Origin: Alkanindiges illinoisensis DSM 15370
GTDB lineage: Bacteria; Pseudomonadota; Gammaproteobacteria; Pseudomonadales; Moraxellaceae
Direction: 5' to 3'
Length of the DNA stretch: 32,000 nt
NCBI RefSeq assembly: GCF_000619845.1
Contig: NZ_JHUX01000003.1
Coordinates: 460,064-492,063 of the forward strand
Shown: piece after piece, positions 8,400 through 17,294 of the stretch
Numbering within the stretch: position 1 is the first letter of the stretch
Layout: every line of letters begins with the position of its first letter
Program-made: the position numbers and the translations under genes
The notes under the pieces: generated by a model
What the model was told of the DNA's origin: nothing
The model's input: only the letters and a program-made list of their open reading frames with translations
Database searches by the model: none

Positions 8400-10694
8400 A
8401 TGCGTATCACGCATTTTAGTCTGTCCCTGTTGTCGCTGGCGATCAGCACTCAAATTTATGCCGAGGTAACCAGTAACGCTCAGGCGACCAGCACGTTAAG
8501 CCCGATTGTGGTCACGGCCACCCGTACCCCCACCAGCATTGCCCAGATTGCCGGAACCGTGCAGACCATTGCGCAGGCAGAGATTGTGCAACAGGCCACC
8601 CCCGGCAGAAAGCTTGCTGATATCCTGGCACAACTGGTGCCATCCTTGGGCGCATCCAGTGGCACAGTGAGCAACTATGGCCAGACCATGCGCGGCCGTC
8701 AGGTACAAATCCTGATTGACGGTGTACCGCAAACCGGCTCGCGTGATGTGTCACGCCAGCTTAACAGCATTAGCCCAGCGCTGATTGATCATGTGGAAGT
8801 GGTATCCGGTGCCAGCAGTATTTACGGTGCCGGCGCAACTGGCGGTATTATTAATATCATTACCCGCCGAGCTACCGAGAGTGAGCCGCTAAATTTTGAA
8901 ACTAAAGTGGGCATTACCGCAGGCGACCATTTTTCCAGTGATGCCCTGGCTTATGAAGTCGGCCAGACCGCAGCGTTTAGCCATGGTGCGCTGGATGGTT
9001 TTTTAGGGGTTAATTTTACCCAGCGCGGTGAACAGCAGGATAGCCGTGGTGAGCGGATTGCTCCTGAACCGGCACAGGCCGATCGTCAGGATACCCAGAC
9101 CATTGATGTCAATGGCCGCCTGAACCTGCGTTTAAACGACCAGCAGCGCATTAGCCTTGGCGCGCAATATTATAATGACGAGCAGGACAGTGACTATGCG
9201 CCGGATTATGGCCCGAATTTGTCCGCCCTGCTGGTACGGGGTTATCAGCCCAGTCTAAAAGCCATCAAGGGCCTGCAACTGGATCAGCAGCCACTCACCA
9301 GCCGTTATGCCATCAATGCCCAATATCAGAATGATGACGTGCTTGGGCAAGTACTCACCACCGAAGCCTATTATCGACATGAAAAAAGCCGGTTTTTTCC
9401 ATTTGTGACGGCTATTAATGTGGCACGCGCGCCATTAAGCGATGCACAAAAACAGCAGCTGGCTGCCCGGGGCTATGCCGTATTGCAATCCGAGTCTGAA
9501 GTTGAAGTAGCAGGTGCGCGTGCTGCCTTGCAATCAAGCCTGAATTTGGCTGATAAAACCCTTGAGCTGACTTATGGGGTGGATTACGAACAGGAAACTG
9601 ACCAGCAGCAGGCTGAAAGCTTTGACCTGAACAGGTTTATGGCCAGTAATGGTCTGACTTATCAATCCAGTGGAAAGAGCTATGGCTTTGGCCCGGATGT
9701 TGACATCAATAAACTGGGCGTATTTTTGCAATCCCGGTTGCCGCTGAGCGATCAACTGAGTGTGCAGGCTGGTATCCGCCACGAACAGATTGACAGTGAC
9801 AGCAAGCAATACATTCCAACTAATGAGGCTATGCTGGCCGACTTGCTGGCAGCCTACTGGGTGCCTTATCAGCCCTCCGCGGTGGCCGCAGGCAAGGTCA
9901 AGCACAATGCCACCCTGTTTAATCTGGGCACAGTGTATGACTTAAACGATGCACAACAGGTGTTTGCCAATTTTTCACAAGGCTTTAGCTTGCCGGATGT
10001 ACAACGCATGCTGCGGGATGTGCAACCGGGTTTTGTGGTGAGCTCAGATAATATTGAACCCATCAAGGTCAATAACTATGAGCTGGGCTGGCGCATGCAG
10101 GGCGATGCAGGCCTAAATCTGGGACTTACCGGCTTTTATAATACATCGGACAAAGTCAGCCAGTTTAACCGGGATTACAGTGTAACTATTGCTGATACCG
10201 ATGAGCGCATTTACGGCGCAGAAGCCAGTTTTAGCGTGCCAGTACTCACCCAGTTTAAGGCAGGTGGCACACTGGCCTATACCCGTGGTCAGTTCAAGGA
10301 TGCCGCAGGCGAATGGCGTGAACTGAATGCATTCCGGGTTTCGCCAGTCAAAGGCACGCTGTTTGGCGAATGGAATGATGACCATGACAACGGCTTGCGC
10401 ATACAAATGCTGGCAGTTGCAGGCTCTGACCGCGCCTATAACGATGCCCAGCAAGCAGCTTACAACAGTACAGTACGGGCAACACCAGCCTCTAAAATCA
10501 AGGGCTATGCAGTAATGGATGTACTGGCTCACGCGGCAGCCTTGGGCGGGCGCATTGATTTTGGGATATATAACGTCTGGAATACTGCATATCGCAGTGT
10601 CTATAGTCAGGAAGCTGCTTCCACCTATGGCCTGATGTCCAGCATTCCTGCCGAAGGGCGGACTTACGGTTTAAGCTATACCGTGCGCTACTAG
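8400..10694 (+). CDS. TonB-dependent outer-membrane siderophore receptor
   Basis: AAGGAG RBS. It has a signal peptide ending IYA-EV, a TonB-box-like LSPIVVTATR, a plug region (IDGVPQ), a long beta-barrel and a terminal ...YGLSYTVRY aromatic. Confidence 0.9.
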   Translation: MRITHFSLSLLSLAISTQIYAEVTSNAQATSTLSPIVVTATRTPTSIAQIAGTVQTIAQAEIVQQATPGRKLADILAQLVPSLGASSGTVSNYGQTMRGRQVQILIDGVPQTGSRDVSRQLNSISPALIDHVEVVSGASSIYGAGATGGIINIITRRATESEPLNFETKVGITAGDHFSSDALAYEVGQTAAFSHGALDGFLGVNFTQRGEQQDSRGERIAPEPAQADRQDTQTIDVNGRLNLRLNDQQRISLGAQYYNDEQDSDYAPDYGPNLSALLVRGYQPSLKAIKGLQLDQQPLTSRYAINAQYQNDDVLGQVLTTEAYYRHEKSRFFPFVTAINVARAPLSDAQKQQLAARGYAVLQSESEVEVAGARAALQSSLNLADKTLELTYGVDYEQETDQQQAESFDLNRFMASNGLTYQSSGKSYGFGPDVDINKLGVFLQSRLPLSDQLSVQAGIRHEQIDSDSKQYIPTNEAMLADLLAAYWVPYQPSAVAAGKVKHNATLFNLGTVYDLNDAQQVFANFSQGFSLPDVQRMLRDVQPGFVVSSDNIEPIKVNNYELGWRMQGDAGLNLGLTGFYNTSDKVSQFNRDYSVTIADTDERIYGAEASFSVPVLTQFKAGGTLAYTRGQFKDAAGEWRELNAFRVSPVKGTLFGEWNDDHDNGLRIQMLAVAGSDRAYNDAQQAAYNSTVRATPASKIKGYAVMDVLAHAAALGGRIDFGIYNVWNTAYRSVYSQEAASTYGLMSSIPAEGRTYGLSYTVRY

Positions 10695-10710
10695 CAAACC
10701 CATTTCCGTT

Positions 10711-10740
10711 GATTGCTGTATCGCCAGCGGCGCAGCAATC
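10711..10740 (+). terminator. Hairpin downstream of the receptor gene (possible terminator)
   Basis: GATTGCTG ... CAGCAATC forms a perfect 8-bp stem with an inner CGCC/GGCG stem. No T-tract follows, so this is weak. Confidence 0.3.
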
Positions 10741-10931
10741 AGGTGATAAACTGCTAGATAATACTCACAGATAATAAGAAGTATTAAGCAATCTTGGCCA
10801 AACTTAGTTAAGACTTTAGTTTGTTGAGGAATAGTTAAGTTAGATACCTCATTGTTTAATCTGCATAGTTTCTGTTGACAATATAAATTACCCTTAACTT
10901 TTAAGCCTCATCACTTCCAGCGAGAGAGATA

Positions 10932-11105
10932 ATGGTCATTACGATTAAAGGTAAAAAATATAATGCTCAGCATATTGTGAGCATGGATGTAAACGATGGC
11001 ATGCTTTACGTGCATCTCAGCACGGGGGAACTGGAAAAAATTGATTTTGATGATGAGCAGGAAGCCAATCAGGTGATAGACACTTTTGAGCGTGCCTTGG
11101 CTTAA
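10932..11105 (+). CDS. Small hypothetical protein (57 aa), below the ORF-track cutoff
   Basis: Manual translation gives MVITIKGKKYNAQHIVSMDVNDGMLYVHLSTGELEKIDFDDEQEANQVIDTFERALA. A purine-rich GAGAGAGA lies just upstream, a perfect TTGACA sits at 10875-10880, and a strong hairpin terminator lies ~100 nt downstream. Confidence 0.35.
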   Translation: MVITIKGKKYNAQHIVSMDVNDGMLYVHLSTGELEKIDFDDEQEANQVIDTFERALA

Positions 11106-11203
11106 CCCGACTTAACGGGGTGCGGCAGTACAACGAAAGTTATTGATATTTAGCACAGGACTGGCAGGCAATGGTGGCGTTGTCCAGTAATACAGGGACA
11201 AGC

Positions 11204-11238
11204 CGGAAATTGCTGTCTAGACGCAATTTCCGATTTTC
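11204..11238 (+). terminator. Rho-independent terminator-like hairpin
   Basis: CGGAAATTGC-tgtctagac-GCAATTTCCG forms a perfect 10-bp stem with a 9-nt loop, followed by ATTTTC. Confidence 0.5.
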
Positions 11239-11368
11239 AAAACCTGACACATCATAAATTTTTGCAGGACTTTGTAGAACTGGGCAACATTCAGGAAGTG
11301 TAGACACTGCTGGACTTTTGTGGCTAGCATAACATCGCCTCAGGCATTGAAATGATTGACATGCAGTG

Positions 11369-11407
11369 TAACCAGCCGGACGCGCTGCTGGTTATCATCA
11401 TTTTTAG
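11369..11407 (+). terminator. Second terminator-like hairpin in the same intergenic region
   Basis: TAACCAGC-(10 nt)-GCTGGTTA forms a perfect 8-bp stem, followed by TCATCATTTTT. Confidence 0.4.
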
Positions 11408-11418
11408 TACTAATTTCC

Positions 11419-11424
11419 TATAAT
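11419..11424 (+). promoter_or_regulatory. Candidate -10 element for the GAF-PAS-GGDEF-EAL gene
   Basis: A perfect TATAAT lies 55 nt upstream of ATG 11480. No good -35 hexamer sits at 17-bp spacing. Confidence 0.3.
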
Positions 11425-11479
11425 AAACAGTCTGGGGATCGGTCTAGAATGGAGCAAAGTCAGGGAGGTTGGGATTGTA

Positions 11480-14098
11480 ATGAATCATTATAATGACCAC
11501 GACACATATCACATTTTTAATCTGATTGGCCAGCATACCGAACTCAAGCGTATTCTGGAAGCCGTGTCCAAATGGCTGGAAACCTGCATTCCCAATGCGC
11601 TGGTTACCATTATGCTGTATTCAAAAACACGGCAGACTTTACAGTTTGCGAGTGGCATACAGCATTTTTCCCAGCAGTATTGTAGTGCAATCAACAACAT
11701 GGAAATTGGCCCGCATCAAGGTACCTGTGGTGCTGCTGCATTCCTGCGCAAGCTGGTCATCAGTGATAACCTGATTGATGATCCCAACTGGCAGGCTTAT
11801 AGGGATATTATTAAAGTCGAACAACTGGTGAGCTGCTGGTCTATCCCTATTATTAATGCAACAGGTGATCTCTACGGCACCTTTGCAACCTATTACCGAA
11901 CCCCGACCATACCAACCGAACATCACATCCGGCTTTTACAGCAGGCTGCGGCACTGGTGGCACTGGCCGTTGAGCTGGATGATGAGCGCCAGCAAAAACA
12001 GGCAATTTATGAAAAATACAGTTCTTTTTATAATTATCATCCCGATGTAATCTTTGAAATTAATACGCAGGGACGTATCGTCAGCACCAATATTGCCTGC
12101 CGTAAAGTTACCGGTTTTTCTGAAGAACAAATTCTGGGCAAACATTTTAATGAATTTTTGCCTGCTGAATACCATCAGCTTGCCAATGCAGCATTTGAAG
12201 AAGCCTTGCAGGGCAACGCACAATACTATGAAATTCCATCCTTTCATGCTTCTGGAAAAATTCTGTGGCTGGACCTGACCAATTTACCGATCATCCAGCA
12301 TCAAAAAGTCACCGGGGTGTTTGGCATAGCCCGTGATATTACCTCACGGCGCAAAAGTCAGGAAAACCTGCGGCTGCTGGAACGCGGGGTGAGTGCCAGC
12401 TCTAATGGCATTATCATTACTGATTCCTCTGAACAATTGTTAATTGTCTATGTGAATCCTGCCTTCCTTAAAATGACAGGTTATACCCTAGAAGAGGTGA
12501 TCGGCCAGCCGTGCCGCTTTTTACAGGTTCCTGATACAGAGCTAGACAAGATTGCATTAATCAATCAGGCGCTCACAGCAAAAAAGGAATTTCAGGTCAC
12601 CATCAAGAATTACCGCAAGGATGGTAGCTGGTTCTGGAGCCGGTTAATGCTGGGACCTGTGTTTGATAAAGACGGTAACTGCACCCATTTTTTGGGAATT
12701 CAGGAAGATATTACCCAGCAACGCCTGCATGAGGAATATATTGCCCGCCAGTACAGTCATGACCAGTTGACAGGGTTGCCCAATCGGCAAACTTTTGAAG
12801 CCGCGTTGCAGCAGGCCTTTACTGCACCTGATAACAGCCCACAGTCGCTGACATTACTGTATATCGACCTTGATGACTTTCAATCCATGAATGACAGCCT
12901 GGGTCATTTGATGGGTGACCAGATTATTAAATGTGTTGGGGATCGCCTGCAAGGATTGTTGCAGCCAGGCGATTTGCTCAGTCGTTTTAACGGTGATGAA
13001 TTTGCATTACTGATCACAGATCAGGCTAACAGTAGCCCTGATCGCAACCATAATGGTGATAGTAACCCCGACATAACCAAAAGCAATGCCATGGCGCTGG
13101 CTCAACAAATCCTGGAGCTTTTTTCCCAGCCCTTTCAGGTAGACAGCCACAAGATCTACCTGAGTGCCAGTATTGGCATTGCAGCAAATCATCATGCAAT
13201 AGAACGGTCGTCTGAGCTTTTGCATCAGGCTATTCTGGCCATGAAGGAAGCCAAGCGGCAGGGACGTAATACCTGGCACTGGTCTGAGGAAACCATTAAA
13301 AAACATGGCCCGGAAATCGACTATGCCTATTTACGGCTGGAATTAATGGAGGCATTGAAGCAAGACCAGTTTAGCCTGTTTTATCAGCCTCTGGTTGATC
13401 CGGCAACCGGCATCGTCAAGGGTGTGGAAGCACTGATTCGCTGGTTTCATCCGCAGCGTGGCTACATTTTCCCGGATGTTTTTATTCCTTTGGCAGAACG
13501 AACCGGGCAAATTATTGCAATTGGTCAATGGGTGCTTAAAAAAGCCTGCCGGGATATTGCCGAATGGAACCGGATCAATCAAAAACACCTGACCCTGTCA
13601 GTTAATATTTCACCACTACAATTTCGCAGGGCAGGGTTTTTACAGGAACTGGAGCATGCCCTTAACATGAGCCAGTTGCCACCTGAATTGCTCAAAATTG
13701 AAATTACTGAAGGCATGGTTATTATTGGCGCAGACCGTGCCATTGAAATCCTGAAAACAATCCGTCATTTGGGCGTGCAAGTTTCTATTGACGACTTTGG
13801 CACGGGATATTCCAGCTTGAGTTATCTGCGCCGCCTGCCGATTAATCAAATCAAGCTGGATCGCAGCTTTATTGAAAACCTGAGTGAAAATGAACAGGAT
13901 GCAGCCATTGTAAAATCGATTATTCAGCTGGCGCACCAGCTTAATCTCGAAGTTGTGGCAGAAGGAATCGAAACATTGCAACAAGCCAGATTCCTGTACC
14001 AGCAAGGTTGCAACCTGCTGCAAGGTTATTATTATGCACGTCCGGCACCGCTTGGCGAGTTAAAACCCCTTTACCCGCTATTGCTGGATGAAACCTGA
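11480..14098 (+). CDS. Multidomain c-di-GMP protein, GAF-PAS-PAS-GGDEF(degenerate)-EAL; probably a phosphodiesterase
   Basis: GGAGG RBS. The N-terminus is GAF-like and two PAS segments follow (the second contains ...GYTLEEVIGQPCRFLQ...). The GGDEF motif reads NGDEF (12989-13003) with no RxxD. The EAL signature is intact: EALIRW (13427-13435), NISP, EITEG, DDFGTGYSSL, KLDRSF, VAEGIE, QGYYY. Confidence 0.9.
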   Translation: MNHYNDHDTYHIFNLIGQHTELKRILEAVSKWLETCIPNALVTIMLYSKTRQTLQFASGIQHFSQQYCSAINNMEIGPHQGTCGAAAFLRKLVISDNLIDDPNWQAYRDIIKVEQLVSCWSIPIINATGDLYGTFATYYRTPTIPTEHHIRLLQQAAALVALAVELDDERQQKQAIYEKYSSFYNYHPDVIFEINTQGRIVSTNIACRKVTGFSEEQILGKHFNEFLPAEYHQLANAAFEEALQGNAQYYEIPSFHASGKILWLDLTNLPIIQHQKVTGVFGIARDITSRRKSQENLRLLERGVSASSNGIIITDSSEQLLIVYVNPAFLKMTGYTLEEVIGQPCRFLQVPDTELDKIALINQALTAKKEFQVTIKNYRKDGSWFWSRLMLGPVFDKDGNCTHFLGIQEDITQQRLHEEYIARQYSHDQLTGLPNRQTFEAALQQAFTAPDNSPQSLTLLYIDLDDFQSMNDSLGHLMGDQIIKCVGDRLQGLLQPGDLLSRFNGDEFALLITDQANSSPDRNHNGDSNPDITKSNAMALAQQILELFSQPFQVDSHKIYLSASIGIAANHHAIERSSELLHQAILAMKEAKRQGRNTWHWSEETIKKHGPEIDYAYLRLELMEALKQDQFSLFYQPLVDPATGIVKGVEALIRWFHPQRGYIFPDVFIPLAERTGQIIAIGQWVLKKACRDIAEWNRINQKHLTLSVNISPLQFRRAGFLQELEHALNMSQLPPELLKIEITEGMVIIGADRAIEILKTIRHLGVQVSIDDFGTGYSSLSYLRRLPINQIKLDRSFIENLSENEQDAAIVKSIIQLAHQLNLEVVAEGIETLQQARFLYQQGCNLLQGYYYARPAPLGELKPLYPLLLDET

Positions 14099-14149
14099 AT
14101 GCTGGATTCCAACAGTGTGAAGTTTAGGTAAGTTTTGCTGCTTTTACTG

Positions 14150-14659
14150 TTAGTTGCACACCATCTGGCTACCACTGAAGCGGCAGGCTCTGCGGTTTGA
14201 GGCGTAGGGGTTCGAAGAATAACTACTTGATGAGTATGCATTTGAGCTATATGGATTATAGCTTGAGTTTCTATCCATATTCCTCATACGGGCTTCATTG
14301 GCCAGCCGGATGTCGTCTTCGTATTCTTTGGCATGTTGCCTATCTGCTGCAAATTTTCTGGCTTTTTCATAATTGGTTTTATAGTTATCCCAGGATTCGC
14401 GGGCGTTATATCTGTCATATTCCTGCTGTACATGATTGTTGGAGTAATTGCTGGAATAGTCAGACCGGGCGCGATATCGATTAACTGCGCTGGAGTTGTT
14501 TTGGGCGTCATTCATTACCACGGTAGCCGTTTTATGTGTACTACGGCAGCCGCCATCAGAAAAAGTGACATTGCCATTGGCGTCAGTACATTTCATCACT
14601 TGTGCTTGCGCCATTGGCGGCATTAACAGCAGCAAGATTAAATAGTTTAAGGGTTGCAT
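14150..14659 (-). CDS. Secreted DUF4124-like protein with an S/N/Y-rich low-complexity tail
   Basis: It has a signal peptide (...PPMAQA-QV). KCTDANGNVTFSDGGC resembles the DUF4124 core. The C-terminal part reads NSSYNPYSSNAYSSSSYSSNPYASN. Confidence 0.65.
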   Translation of the reverse strand: MQPLNYLILLLLMPPMAQAQVMKCTDANGNVTFSDGGCRSTHKTATVVMNDAQNNSSAVNRYRARSDYSSNYSNNHVQQEYDRYNARESWDNYKTNYEKARKFAADRQHAKEYEDDIRLANEARMRNMDRNSSYNPYSSNAYSSSSYSSNPYASNRRACRFSGSQMVCN

Positions 14660-14921
14660 TTGTTGTTTCCACTACAATTTAAGCTATTTTTTAGGTCATA
14701 AAAATATTGTTTAAGACTATTTTTTAACACGATAAAACCTATTATAGACCCAAGATTCAGGTTATTTAAAGCGCAATAGCTCTTAAAAATACAGTTAGCT
14801 TGCGCCAGGAAATTGTGACTTCTGTCGCTGGTAAAAAAGCAATCACAAAAAAAGCATAGCGCCCAGTCATTAGCTGCACATACTAGGCCATTAGTAATTG
14901 TGAAATTGAGGATTATTCGCT

Positions 14922-15428
14922 ATGCAAACAACTTTTATGCTTTGCCGTATGTCGTGTATTGCTGCACTTATGGGCAGTCTGGCTGCGTGTAGCACGCCTG
15001 CAATAACACCTGCCAATTCAGCAGATTTGGCGAATCAGGAAACCATACAATATACAGTAGGGCCCTGTTTTGGCGCCTGTCCAGTGTATGCAGTCACAAT
15101 TCGCTCTAATGGCCGGGTAGAGTTTGAAGGCAAACAGCATACTGCTGTGCAGGGGACACGAGCACTTTCTACAGGAATGGACACCTATAATCAGGTTAAA
15201 TCACGATTAAAACCTTATCGCCCGGTTGAGGGAAGCACTGAAACTACCCAGTGTGAAAACCAAGTTACCGACCAGCAGACTTATCAGATTGTCTGGAAAA
15301 AGGCAGACGGCCGCCAGACTGTGTTGAACCATAACCGGGGTTGCCTGTCTGAAACAAACCGCGCATTAAATGCGGTAATGGATTGGCTGCCACAAAAGCT
15401 GGGCATTGCAGGCTGGATTAAGCCTTAA
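14922..15428 (+). CDS. Lipoprotein with a CFGxCPxY motif (DUF6438-like, from memory)
   Basis: GAGGA RBS. The lipobox is SLAAC. The stretch GPCFGACPVYAVTIRSNGRVEFEG matches what I recall of the DUF6438 core. Confidence 0.6.
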   Translation: MQTTFMLCRMSCIAALMGSLAACSTPAITPANSADLANQETIQYTVGPCFGACPVYAVTIRSNGRVEFEGKQHTAVQGTRALSTGMDTYNQVKSRLKPYRPVEGSTETTQCENQVTDQQTYQIVWKKADGRQTVLNHNRGCLSETNRALNAVMDWLPQKLGIAGWIKP

Positions 15429-15480
15429 GACGTGAAAAGAGCCACGACGCTAATCACCAGGCAATAAATTACCCTCATAA

Positions 15481-15508
15481 AAAGTCTGAAAATCATTTAT
15501 TTCAGGCT
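15481..15508 (+). terminator. Weak AT-rich hairpin after the lipoprotein gene
   Basis: AAGTCTGAAA-atcattta-TTTCAGGCTT forms a 10-bp stem with one G-U pair. The T-tail is poor. Confidence 0.3.
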
Positions 15509-16139
15509 TTAAGAATATTAATTATTGTGGAAATTCTGGGGATCAAGATAAAAGGAAATTAGCGTAAAAATAGCAGTACTGTGGCAACCGATAATAGCAG
15601 GAAGCTATTAACCTTTAACAAGCGCAGCCCAAGTGTTCTATAGCTGTTCGACAGGCAATTCTTGCACAGGGTACTATTGATTGCGCTATGGCCGCATTTT
15701 AGGCATTTTAATGTGAGGGGCTGCATCATGTCGTTAATCCTCTTACCGCATTGAGTTCACCATAGCGTGCAATTGACCCAATTATTTGGGCGGTCGGCCA
15801 GCGGCTATTGTTCGATAATTTCAGTTAATTTATTGACTTAAAAGTATTTGTTGAAAGGCTTTAAACATTGAGCGCCTTAAAAAATGCATTTATAAGCCAT
15901 CAATAAATATAAGTACTGTCAGCTTCTATATAAGCTACTGCCAGATTCTAAGAGATACTGTAGAACGGCTTGCTGTAAGCATAAGTGCGAAAATAGTTAT
16001 GAATTATTCAGGGAAGGCATGAATGGTTACGGTGATTAATGAAAACGCAGGGTTGTGTAGTTTGATGAACACGATTCATTCAATTTATGCAGCCTGATAA
16101 CAAAATCCCTGTTTCTCATTTCTTGTTTCTCAATAGCGA

Positions 16140-17081
16140 CTAGCCTTGATTTTGCTTGCTGCGTTTATGGGCATACATCTGCTGGTCAGCCAGACGGAAA
16201 GCTTCTTTCAAGCCGGTTGCAGGCAGGCGGATGGCAACACCAATAGAAGCTTCAATCTGGTTATCGATGAGTGCCTGCTGTATACGCTCCTTCAGAGCAT
16301 TGGCTTCAGCTTCACTGGTTTCGATAGTCAGGATGGCAAATTCATCGCCCCCCAGCCGGGCTACCACATCTTCTGTTCGGACAGAATGACGCAAAATTTG
16401 TGCAGTCTGCCGGATTAACTCGTCGCCTGCCAGATGACCACAGGTGTCGTTGACTTCCTTAAGGCCATCCAGATCTACCACATAAATGGCTGAGGAGTGA
16501 CCATAGCGACGGTTGCGTTCTTCTTCTGCCTGTAATAGCTGCTCCCAGCCACGTCGGTTATAAAGCTGGGTTAACTCATCGGTGAGTGCTTCAGCCTTGA
16601 AGCGTTCCAGTTTGCGTGACTGTTCCTGTTGCTTGAGTTCATTTTGCAGAATATGGCTTAAAAGACTGCCGAGCAGGTTAAAAAGGGTTTCTTCCTGTTT
16701 GATTTCGTCAGGCTGGGGCATAGGATCAAGGGCACACAGCGTACCAAACAGTTCACCATTTTCCCAGACAATCGGCTGTCCGACATAGGCCTTGATCGGC
16801 ACGCGCTGGGTAATGGGCGCTTGGGCATAAATGGCCACATCATCAGTTTTTGGGGCAATGCGCGGGCCTTGGCCAGCCACCATCAGTGAGCATAGCGAGT
16901 TGGCCCAGCACATAATTTGACCAGGCTTTAAACCATAGCCATGATCTTCTGCCTGCAACAAGATCAGGTTGTTACTTTCTACGCGGGTAATGGCCCAGAG
17001 CGTAAAGCCAAAGCGTTCATGTAAAAATCTCAGGACAGCACGCCCAGCTTCTTCAAAACTGGCAAAGGCTTGTACATTCAT
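16140..17081 (-). CDS. GAF-GGDEF diguanylate cyclase (canonical A-site and I-site)
   Basis: I prefer ATG 17081 (AAGGA 7 nt upstream) over the track start at 17105. An N-terminal GAF-like sensor is followed by a coiled linker. GGDEF lies at 16338-16352 (RLGGDEFAIL), RTED (RxxD) lies exactly 5 residues upstream (16368-16379), and DLDGLKEVND is present. Confidence 0.85.
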   Translation of the reverse strand: MNVQAFASFEEAGRAVLRFLHERFGFTLWAITRVESNNLILLQAEDHGYGLKPGQIMCWANSLCSLMVAGQGPRIAPKTDDVAIYAQAPITQRVPIKAYVGQPIVWENGELFGTLCALDPMPQPDEIKQEETLFNLLGSLLSHILQNELKQQEQSRKLERFKAEALTDELTQLYNRRGWEQLLQAEEERNRRYGHSSAIYVVDLDGLKEVNDTCGHLAGDELIRQTAQILRHSVRTEDVVARLGGDEFAILTIETSEAEANALKERIQQALIDNQIEASIGVAIRLPATGLKEAFRLADQQMYAHKRSKQNQG

Positions 17082-17245
17082 TTTGAATTCCTTTCTGCAG
17101 TGCACGATACTGATGCAAAATCGCTCTCTTTTAGCCTAAAAGAGATCGCACCAGTTAACGATATAAATTCGTTGCTGTTTTATTATGAATCTGCAAGAAA
17201 GTAGGACAGTACTGTCGTTTTGGCAGTCTTGCCCATAAATGCATC

Positions 17246-17294
17246 ATAAAAAATTAGCTCATCAGATGCTAAGCCAGTTTATTTATCTGATGAG
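17246..17294 (-). terminator. Rho-independent terminator of the SDR gene
   Basis: On the minus strand, CTCATCAGAT (17285-17294, inside the CDS end) pairs perfectly with ATCTGATGAG (17258-17267). This gives a 10-bp stem and a 17-nt loop spanning the stop codon, followed by TAATTTTTT. Confidence 0.55.

Noticed and set aside
10745-10775. The GATAA(A/T) triple direct repeat as a third Fur box
   Set aside because: The hexamers are separated by 12-13 bp rather than being contiguous, so this is not Fur-box architecture. It is kept only as part of the finding on the complex intergenic region.
11239-11479. A c-di-GMP riboswitch (GEMM-like) in the leader of the GGDEF-EAL gene
   Set aside because: I could not find the paired-helix, GNRA tetraloop/receptor or conserved GCAAA-type features that I associate with GEMM-I. 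Only a generic hairpin with a T-tract is present. Infernal would be needed to exclude it formally.
17219-17235. A possible sigma-54 promoter (TGGCAG...TTGCC) near the NtrBC-containing window
   Set aside because: The GG-to-GC spacing is 7 nt rather than the required 10. It is on the plus strand and no plus-strand gene lies downstream.
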